Source of the DNA: Clostridia bacterium
GTDB taxonomy: Bacteria > Bacillota > Clostridia > Christensenellales > CAG-138
Length of the DNA stretch: 46,025 nucleotides
Direction: 5' to 3'
Assembly: GCA_045576895.1 (NCBI GenBank)
Contig: JAZNHI010000155.1
Span: 1-46,025 of the forward strand
Below, piece after piece: positions 34,517 through 40,858 of the stretch. The stretch's first letter is position 1; every line of letters starts with the position of its first letter. Under the pieces are notes generated by a model that searched no databases, was not told the DNA's origin, and worked only from the letters and a program-made list of their open reading frames with translations. A program made the position numbers and the translations under genes.

Positions 34517-34918
34517 TTACGTCCGCATGAATCCGCAGCAGCCAAGCTCGGAGAACGGACGAAATCCCAATGCTTTGTAGAATGCAACCGTCTTCGGCGT
34601 ATCGTCCGTCGCAAGCTCGATCTGCCGGACATGCCGATACCGGTCAAGCGCCTCCCGCACAAGCGCGGTGCCTACGCCTTTGCGCTGATAGGCAGGAAAC
34701 ACGAGAATATCCTGAATGAATACGATCGTTTCTCCGTCGCCTACCGCGCGGAGAATGCCGAGAAGCGTTTCCCCGTCATATGCGGCAAGAACAAGCAGCG
34801 ATTGTCTGAACCCGCGTGCAAGCGCAGCAAGATTGTCTGTATACGCCGTCCACCCGACGGACGCATACAGCTCTGCGATCTCCGCTTCGCAATATTCCCT
34901 GTATTCTTTGATGACCAT
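34517..34918 (-). CDS. GNAT family N-acetyltransferase
   Basis: 133 aa. VFPAYQRKGVGTALV and FYKALGF motifs. Confidence 0.8.
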   Translation of the reverse strand: MVIKEYREYCEAEIAELYASVGWTAYTDNLAALARGFRQSLLVLAAYDGETLLGILRAVGDGETIVFIQDILVFPAYQRKGVGTALVREALDRYRHVRQIELATDDTPKTVAFYKALGFRPFSELGCCGFMRT

Positions 34919-34935
34919 AAAAACACCTCTTTAGA

Positions 34936-34964
34936 AGCATACCATGAAGCAGACGGAAACGCAA
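34936..34964 (-). promoter_or_regulatory. sigma-A promoter candidate for the GNAT pair
   Basis: On the minus strand: TTGCGT (34959-34964), 17-nt spacer, TGgTATGCT (-10 hexamer at 34936-34941). Confidence 0.35.
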
Positions 34965-35066
34965 CACTGATTGCAGATCATACTGTCGGCAGTAGAAATT
35001 ACAGCGTCGGTATGTATCGTTGGAACGTCGGTTCCGGGTAGAAAACCCGGTTTGACTTTTCTGAGT

Positions 35067-35107
35067 AAAAACAAAAATCGCCGCAAGCCAAACGGTGCCT
35101 GCGGCGA
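35067..35107 (-). terminator. rho-independent terminator of the tRNA operon
   Basis: On the minus strand, immediately after the tRNA-Pro CCA: TCGCCGCAgGC...GCtTGCGGCGA followed by TTTTTGTTTTT. Confidence 0.7.
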
Positions 35108-35109
35108 TG

Positions 35110-35186
35110 TGGTCGAGGCGACTGGATTTGAACCAGCGGCCTTTTGGTCCCGAACCAAACGCGCTACCAAACTGCGCTACGCCTCG
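35110..35186 (-). tRNA. tRNA-Pro (anticodon CGG), CCA encoded
   Basis: Hand-folded 77-nt cloverleaf: CGAGGCG-TA-GCGC-AGTTTGGTA-GCGC-G-TTTGG-TTCGGGA-CCAAA-AGGCC-GCTGG-TTCAAAT-CCAGT-CGCCTCG-A-CCA. Confidence 0.9.
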
Positions 35187-35190
35187 ACAT

Positions 35191-35266
35191 TGGAGCCAAA
35201 GAGGGGACTCGGACCCCTGACCTACGCATTACGAGTGCGTCGCTCTACCGACTGAGCTACTTTGGC
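35191..35266 (-). tRNA. tRNA-Thr (anticodon CGU), CCA encoded
   Basis: Hand-folded 76-nt cloverleaf: GCCAAAG-TA-GCTC-AGTCGGTA-GAGC-G-ACGCA-CTCGTAA-TGCGT-AGGTC-AGGGG-TCCGAGT-CCCCT-CTTTGGC-T-CCA. The T-loop reads TCC rather than TTC. Confidence 0.85.
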
Positions 35267-35277
35267 GGACCTTTTCT

Positions 35278-35306
35278 ATTATAGGCAAAGGACTTCGTTC
35301 TGTCAA
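35278..35306 (-). promoter_or_regulatory. consensus sigma-A promoter of the tRNA-Thr/tRNA-Pro operon
   Basis: On the minus strand: TTGACA (35301-35306), 17-nt spacer, TATAAT (35278-35283), 12 nt upstream of the tRNA-Thr 5' end. Confidence 0.65.
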
Positions 35307-35362
35307 GCTTTTTTTGAATTTTTTCTGTATATCATTTCTTTGACGGCACAATTACTTTTTTC

Positions 35363-35391
35363 GTGACATTATGCTTTGATTATGGTATCAT
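35363..35391 (+). promoter_or_regulatory. sigma-A promoter candidate for the lipoprotein gene
   Basis: GTGACA (35363-35368), 17-nt spacer, TGgTATCAT (-10 hexamer at 35386-35391). This places the transcription start downstream of the track ORF start at 35376. Confidence 0.35.
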
Positions 35392-35423
35392 ATGAAATCA
35401 TATCTGCGGAAAGAAGGTATCTT

Positions 35424-36176
35424 GTGAAACAAGTATTGCATCGCATCGCTGCGCTGATGTTTGTCTGCCTAATGTTGTTTGCCTGTTCCAAGTCCGGCGC
35501 CGGCACAAGAGAGTCGGAGCAGTCCGGCGTCTGGTCGCTGGGCGATCGTTATCAGCCGATTTACAGTTCCCTGACCTATTTTGTAACATACACTGCAAAA
35601 GGAGAACCGTTCTGTCTCAAAATGAGCCGCAACAAAAAGGAAACCGGCATGTCGAAACGCGTCAAGGATTCCCGCACGGTTGACGGGCTCGTATACGCGC
35701 TTTGCGAAAGCAAGCAGCAGAATGCCGAAGGCAAAGCTGCTTACACCTATTATGAATGCTTTACCGGAAGCTTCCGTTATTTCATCGGTCGCGAAACCGA
35801 GGGATTTTTTATCGAAGACTATCTTTCAATGGACGACGCCGTTAAGCTGATCGCCAAGCCGACCGCTCCGAGGGGCAGCCTGAAGCTTGCCGAGGAAGAA
35901 TGGAACGCGCAGTACAAAACGGATACATGCATCCTTGAGGTCCTGATCCGTCCCAACGACAAAGGCGCCTTGTGCAAAGCGCTACCGTCTTCCTATCAGA
36001 CGATCACCGAAAACGGTGAAACGTATTACACCTCCTCTTCTGGCGACGATATCGTTTACACGGACGGTACGCACTCCGTACAGATCCGACAGGCGAACAA
36101 TGCGGATACAAACGCCGAGAATTATCATACGCTGCCCGAATGCAAGGCGATCCTTGCTCTGCTCGGATCCGACTGA
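35424..36176 (+). CDS. hypothetical lipoprotein
   Basis: Same frame as the track ORF 35376..36176. I prefer the GTG at 35424 after GAAAGAAGG, given the promoter position. The signal peptide has a lipobox (AALMFVCLMLFAC-S). It is visibly less GC-rich than neighbouring genes. I recognised no family. Confidence 0.55.
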   Translation: MKQVLHRIAALMFVCLMLFACSKSGAGTRESEQSGVWSLGDRYQPIYSSLTYFVTYTAKGEPFCLKMSRNKKETGMSKRVKDSRTVDGLVYALCESKQQNAEGKAAYTYYECFTGSFRYFIGRETEGFFIEDYLSMDDAVKLIAKPTAPRGSLKLAEEEWNAQYKTDTCILEVLIRPNDKGALCKALPSSYQTITENGETYYTSSSGDDIVYTDGTHSVQIRQANNADTNAENYHTLPECKAILALLGSD

Positions 36177-36321
36177 CAAACCGACGCTCTGCAGGCGTCT
36201 TACCGCGCAGCCGCGTCCGGCGCGGCTTTCTCCGTTGATTGGAATCGGTATCTGAATGATTTCGTTCCTGTCCGCGTTCAACCCGATTCATCACTGATCT
36301 GACAATTCAAAAAAGCAAGCG

Positions 36322-36352
36322 AGCGGGAGGCGATCTGCCTCCCGCTGTTTTC
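36322..36352 (+). terminator. rho-independent terminator downstream of the lipoprotein gene
   Basis: A 10-bp stem AGCGGGAGGC-gatct-GCCTCCCGCT followed by GTTTTCGTGTT. Confidence 0.7.
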
Positions 36353-36614
36353 GTGTTGAAAACCCTTTTTGCCCGTCACACCGTATCCTGATTATTCAAA
36401 TAACACAATATTACGCTCATATCTTCGTATTATATTGTTATAGCGATCTTTATTCATAAAATATCCCATTATACTTTACACCTTGTTCATAATTTGTTCA
36501 AGTCTTATTCATACTTTTATCGCTGTTTTTTGGCGTTTCCTTCACAAATTTCAGACAATTTTGACATATTTCTCCTTTATACTCTGAATCAGATACAAGA
36601 AAGGAGATTGTGTG

Positions 36615-36725
36615 ATGAATACCCAGGAAATGAAGAAATTGTATCGCCGGATCGAGCGTGCCTCTCGTTTGCGTTCTCACGTCTTTTACCGCAAACTTGC
36701 CTCTCTGCTTTGCAGCTTATTTTGA
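36615..36725 (+). CDS. candidate 36-codon small ORF (basic/amphipathic peptide)
   Basis: GAAAGGAG RBS 8 nt before the ATG at 36615. It encodes MNTQEMKKLYRRIERASRLRSHVFYRKLASLLCSLF. A terminator lies ~110 nt downstream. The ORF is too short for the track, and I recognised no homology. Confidence 0.25.
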   Translation: MNTQEMKKLYRRIERASRLRSHVFYRKLASLLCSLF

Positions 36726-36832
36726 TCGGCAGCGCTGATCGCCGGGACTCGTGTCCCCTGTCGCCGTATTCGGCATAACGCGGCGCCGTAATCGACGTCG
36801 GTGCGTTTTACTTGACTGCATAACAAAATGAT

Positions 36833-36856
36833 CCACCGGCTTAGCCGGTGGTTTTT
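36833..36856 (+). terminator. rho-independent terminator
   Basis: CCACCGG-cttag-CCGGTGG followed by TTTTT. Confidence 0.65.
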
Positions 36857-37116
36857 CATTTTCGGGCATAGCCCTCATATTACTGGCTGCCCACACATGG
36901 GCATATAACGCCTGCCAGCACGCACCGGTTACTTGCTACCCGTTAACGGGTTCCCTTAATCTCATACTACTGTCCTCTCTCCGCTTTTATATTCCGTTGC
37001 CTTATGTTAATCCTACATCCGTTGGAATGTTTTTCGTTTGCATCATTTTTGCTATCCTTTCCGATTATCCTTTTTGCAAACTTGGTTTCTTCTTACGTTT
37101 ATGTTATAATTCTCTT

Positions 37117-37254
37117 GTAGGAGAGCTTATCTCTTATGTCCTCCTGATGTGTTTGTAACTGGCAGGTTATGTATTATCTATAACACATCAGGAGTTCTTT
37201 TGTCTTCTTCATCGGTTAACCTCTACGGAACCCCGCCACTATGGCGGGGTTTTC
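37117..37254 (+). ncRNA. candidate ~140-nt small RNA of unknown family
   Basis: Extended -10 TGtTATAAT (37102-37110). A perfect 13-bp stem, CTCCTGATGTGTT (37141-37153) with AACACATCAGGAG (37182-37194), encloses a 28-nt loop. The terminator is AACCCCGCC-actat-GGCGGGGTT plus TT (37229-37254). No plausible ORF is present. Confidence 0.3.
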
Positions 37255-37261
37255 TGGATAC

Positions 37262-37286
37262 AAAAAAGGAGCGGTTTTTCCGCTCC
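37262..37286 (-). terminator. rho-independent terminator of the metallophosphoesterase gene (usable on both strands)
   Basis: GGAGCGG-ttttt-CCGCTCC flanked by AAAAAA upstream on the plus strand, which gives a U-tract on the minus strand, and by TCATTCTTTT. Confidence 0.7.
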
Positions 37287-37306
37287 TCATTCTTTTGGTA
37301 TTCAAT

Positions 37307-38482
37307 TCAGTGTGCGATCCTCCAGGGCAGAGGAAGCACGAATTCCTCGTTCTTTTCGTCGAACGGATAGTACTCCTCCCGGTTTGCCGGATCGTCGAAT
37401 CGGTTGAAATCTTCAAACACCGGCGAATAGGTCAGGTTGTGCATCGTTCCCTCCGCCTCGTTGATATGCATCAATCTTAAGTAGCCTCCCCCGCCGTCTC
37501 TCAGTGACGCCTGATAGTTGAACAGCATCTGATAAACCGTGCGGTCGTCCTTCCCGTCTCCGTCGTCGTCAAACGATTCCGGGAAGCAGTATGCGCCGTA
37601 CTTATGCCCGCACAGGACCATATACACATTCGGCGATTTTTTGACCACCTGATCGTGCCACTTCTTTCCGTCTTCGGACAGCGTCTGTGTTTTTGTATAG
37701 TAGTCGTGCAGGCAAAGAACACCAACGCGGTCCGGATACTGTTTGAAAACACCGCGAACCCAGTCGATTCCCTTTTGCGACGGTGCAAACCCCATATAGA
37801 CAAACAGATAATCGGTTTCTCCGATCGTAAGGAGATCGTAGTGCCCGCGGTTGTTCTCATAGCTTCCGCCGTACCACGGTTTGTTTTGATAGCGTTTCTC
37901 GCCGAAGCGTGCGCAGAACGTCTTGTAGCCGATCGGATCGAGTACATCATGGTTGCCGGCAAGCACGCCGTTCGGGATCTCATCGATCATCGCCTGCGCG
38001 CGGTCCGCCACGTCCCATTCCGAATCCAGATCCGTGTTATGCACAAGATCGCCCGTATTGATGATATAGGCAAGATTCATTTCCTCCCGGTGATCGCGCA
38101 GAAATCCCGTCATGGCATAATAGGTTTCCGGAAATTTCTTGGAATAATGCTGCGGATCGCTCATCCACGCGATCGTATAGACGCCGTCCGGCACGACATA
38201 GGTCTGCTGCTGTTCGACCGGCGCGGGCGTTGCCGTGGGCGCAGGTGCCGGCGTCTGTGCATCGGCAGGTTCCTGCGTATGATCCGGCAAGGTCGAATCC
38301 GGAACGGCAGGAATGTTGGCCGCCGGTTCGATCGCGTCGATCTGTATTTCATCGACGTCGATCACCGGAACGGCAGTCTCGTCTGCTGCGGGCTGTTCCG
38401 CTTGTTCCGCCTGCGGTTTTTCGCACGCTGCAAGCAGGAACAGACACAATATGATAAGAAATAAACTCTGAAAACGCTTCAC
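37307..38482 (-). CDS. metallophosphoesterase (calcineurin-like) lipoprotein
   Basis: I trimmed the start to the GTG at 38480-38482 after GGAGGAAG (VKRFQSLFLIILCLFLLAAC-E lipobox). Motifs are TGDLVH, AGNHD and LCGHKY. Confidence 0.75.
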   Translation of the reverse strand: MKRFQSLFLIILCLFLLAACEKPQAEQAEQPAADETAVPVIDVDEIQIDAIEPAANIPAVPDSTLPDHTQEPADAQTPAPAPTATPAPVEQQQTYVVPDGVYTIAWMSDPQHYSKKFPETYYAMTGFLRDHREEMNLAYIINTGDLVHNTDLDSEWDVADRAQAMIDEIPNGVLAGNHDVLDPIGYKTFCARFGEKRYQNKPWYGGSYENNRGHYDLLTIGETDYLFVYMGFAPSQKGIDWVRGVFKQYPDRVGVLCLHDYYTKTQTLSEDGKKWHDQVVKKSPNVYMVLCGHKYGAYCFPESFDDDGDGKDDRTVYQMLFNYQASLRDGGGGYLRLMHINEAEGTMHNLTYSPVFEDFNRFDDPANREEYYPFDEKNEEFVLPLPWRIAH

Positions 38483-38601
38483 AACGCTTCCTCCGGACCG
38501 TTTTTCTGTATCGTACCACGATTGGAAAAGTCTGTCAAATCTTCCGCGCACGTTTGAGCGGTCGGAAAGTCGGACAGACTATGGCTCGGAGGTGATTCTC
38601 T

Positions 38602-39375
38602 TTGCAGAAGGTGGAGATCACAAGCATCGACACTTCACGGCTGCCGCGGCTGAAGCCGGATGAAATGCGAAAGCTTTTGGAGCGCGCCAAAATGGGCGAC
38701 GAGGAAGCGCGCGAGAAATTCATCTACTCCAATCTGCGGCTCGTTCTTTCCGTTGTACAGCGATTTTCCGGACGCGGTGAGCTTGCGGACGATCTGTTTC
38801 AGGTCGGCTGCGTCGGACTGATCAAGTCGGTCGACGGGTTTGACCTTTCGCAGGACGTTCGTTTTTCGACCTACGCGGTGCCGATGATCGCCGGAGAGAT
38901 CCGACGGCATCTGCGCGATTACAGTGCCGTACGCGTGCCGCGTTCGATGCGTGATACCGCATACCGTGCCATGCAGGCAAAGCTTTCTCTGACGGAAAAG
39001 CTTTCGCGTGAGCCGACCGTCGGCGAAATTGCAAAGGAGCTCGGCGTTGGCGAGCCGGACGTGGTCTTTGCGCTCGATGCGATTTCCGATCCCGTCTCCC
39101 TTTATGATCCGGTGTTCAAGACGGATGACGACACGCTCTGCGTACTCGATCAGAACTGCGATCCGAAGGACAGCGAGGCAAAACGCGTCGATTCCATCAC
39201 GCTGAAGGAAGGGATCTCGCGTCTCAGCGAGCGCGATCAGAAGATCCTGAACCTTCGGTACTTTGCGTGCAAAACACAGGTTGAGGTCTCCAAGGAGATC
39301 GGCATCTCACAGGCGCAGGTCTCGAGGCTTGAAAAGAGTGCGTTGAAGCAGCTTGAGAAGTATATCGGTTCATGA
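38602..39375 (+). CDS. sigG: sporulation sigma factor sigma-G
   Basis: TTG start after [31 protein letters not shown]..., [40 protein letters not shown] and [11 protein letters not shown] track B. subtilis SigG closely (KVEICGVDTSKLPVLKNEEMRKL...). Confidence 0.85.
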   Translation: MQKVEITSIDTSRLPRLKPDEMRKLLERAKMGDEEAREKFIYSNLRLVLSVVQRFSGRGELADDLFQVGCVGLIKSVDGFDLSQDVRFSTYAVPMIAGEIRRHLRDYSAVRVPRSMRDTAYRAMQAKLSLTEKLSREPTVGEIAKELGVGEPDVVFALDAISDPVSLYDPVFKTDDDTLCVLDQNCDPKDSEAKRVDSITLKEGISRLSERDQKILNLRYFACKTQVEVSKEIGISQAQVSRLEKSALKQLEKYIGS

Positions 39376-40083
39376 CTGCATCCGAACGATCTCTCGCTTC
39401 AGCCGTTTCATGATCCGTTTCTCGAGACGGCTGATGTAGCTCTGCGAGATCCCCATCGCGTCCGCAACCTGCTTCTGCGTCTGCGCTTCGCCGTTCTTCA
39501 GTCCGAACCGCAGATCGATGATCTCGCGCTCGCGGTCCGTAAGCTTTGAAAGCGCTTTGTTCAGCAGTTCGAGCTCGACCTCGTCCTCCATATCGCGGCT
39601 CACGACGTCCGGATCGGTGCCGAGCACATCCGAAAGCAGCAGCTCGTTCCCGTCCCAGTCGACGTTCAGCGGTTCATCGAAGCTGACCTCAAGCTTCAAC
39701 CGCGTCGTGCGGCGCAGATGCATCAGGATCTCGTTTTCGATGCAGCGGGAAGCATAGGTCGCAAGCTTGATCTTCTTTTCCGATTTGAACGTCTCGACCG
39801 CTTTGATCAGTCCGATGGTTCCGATGCTGATCAGATCCTCCGTCTGCACGCCGGTGTTCTCGAACTTTTTTGCAAGATAGACGACCAGGCGAAGATTGTG
39901 TACAATCAGCTTATCCTTTGCCGCCTTGTCGGTCGGCGCAAGTTCGATGCACCGCGCTTCCTCTTCCGGATCGAGCGGAGGAGGAAGTCCCTCGTTTGCA
40001 TGAACGTACCATAAGGTATTGTGTCTGCCAATGCGCAGCCGCACGAGCAGGCGTGCCCAAATACGAAGTAGCCACGCTGTCAT
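39370..40083 (-). CDS. sigE: pro-sigma-E sporulation sigma factor
   Basis: Pro-sequence plus [92 protein letters not shown] and [13 protein letters not shown]. It lies downstream of spoIIGA. Confidence 0.88.
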   Translation of the reverse strand: MTAWLLRIWARLLVRLRIGRHNTLWYVHANEGLPPPLDPEEEARCIELAPTDKAAKDKLIVHNLRLVVYLAKKFENTGVQTEDLISIGTIGLIKAVETFKSEKKIKLATYASRCIENEILMHLRRTTRLKLEVSFDEPLNVDWDGNELLLSDVLGTDPDVVSRDMEDEVELELLNKALSKLTDREREIIDLRFGLKNGEAQTQKQVADAMGISQSYISRLEKRIMKRLKREIVRMQS

Positions 40084-40858
40084 CCGTTATCCTCCAATCA
40101 TACGGTAAAAGACTTTCCGGCAGGATCGCCTGCGCCGCGCCGATCGGTTCCGGCGCTCTCGCGCAAATACAGTCGACCGTGACGCCGCCGTATTGCGGGA
40201 GCACGGCCGATACCGGCCGTTCCCCGTACAGAACGCCGCCGCAGGACACTTTTGCAAACGGAATCGGACGCAGCGGCCGATCGACCTCTCTGTCGATCAG
40301 AATGACCGGCAGACCCGAAACAGGGTCCTTCAACAGATTTCCGCTGTCGATCAGCGCGTCCAGCCGATAGGTATGCTCCGCAAGCCGAACCGTCAGTTCC
40401 GTATGCAGCGTCCTTCTTCTGCGGACCGAAAGCAGCTTTCGGATCAATCGCGGCAGACACGCAGCGCAGACCGCCGAAAGAAGCGCTGCGCGCAGCGGAA
40501 CCGTCCCGACCATCGTTCCGTCCGCATAGACCGTTCCGCCGAACTGCAGGGTCAGAAGCATCGCTGCCCCGCCCGTCAATGCCGCCGCAAGCAGAATAAA
40601 CGGGATCGGTTTCAGAAATCCTCCGGAGCGGCGGAACAGCGGCAGCGAAACCAGCAGAAAGCACGGCAGTTTGCAGTAAGGCTCCCGGAGCGTCGGGATC
40701 AGGAACAGGGATGCGAACGCATAGCACGCACCGATCAGCGAAGCGAGCACCGTCGGACCGATCCGGATACGAACGCCCATCCATGCTGCGGCAAGCAGAT
40801 ACACGCAGCAGTTCATCAAAGTATTGTCCAGAAGAAACGGCTCTATGGCGATCTTCAT
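39911..40858 (-). CDS. spoIIGA: sigma-E processing peptidase SpoIIGA
   Basis: 315 aa. Five N-terminal TM helices ([26 protein letters not shown]...) and an aspartic-protease motif [11 protein letters not shown]. The last 57 codons overlap sigE out of frame. Confidence 0.8.
   Translation of the reverse strand: MKIAIEPFLLDNTLMNCCVYLLAAAWMGVRIRIGPTVLASLIGACYAFASLFLIPTLREPYCKLPCFLLVSLPLFRRSGGFLKPIPFILLAAALTGGAAMLLTLQFGGTVYADGTMVGTVPLRAALLSAVCAACLPRLIRKLLSVRRRRTLHTELTVRLAEHTYRLDALIDSGNLLKDPVSGLPVILIDREVDRPLRPIPFAKVSCGGVLYGERPVSAVLPQYGGVTVDCICARAPEPIGAAQAILPESLLPYDWRITDDSVATSYLGTPARAAAHWQTQYLMVRSCKRGTSSSARSGRGSAVHRTCADRQGGKG

Noticed and set aside
36494-36778. A 94-aa track ORF in the AT-rich island, and likewise the 73-aa ORF at 37149..37370.
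   Set aside because: Neither has an RBS. The first overlaps the better-supported 36-codon sORF in another frame. The second reads through two intrinsic terminators and into the 3' end of the convergent gene.
35267-37306. A tRNA-adjacent integrated mobile element or prophage remnant.
   Set aside because: No integrase, transposase or recombinase ORF is present. I could find no direct repeat of a tRNA 3' segment or terminal inverted repeats by eye. The region also lies on the 5' (promoter) side of the tRNA genes, not at their 3' ends. It remains possible as a highly decayed scar.
38483-38601. A sigma-F-type promoter for sigG (GTTTG-15-GGACAGACTA).
   Set aside because: The match to GCATR-15-GGnRAYAMTW is only about half. 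I do not consider it reportable as a feature without transcription-start data.
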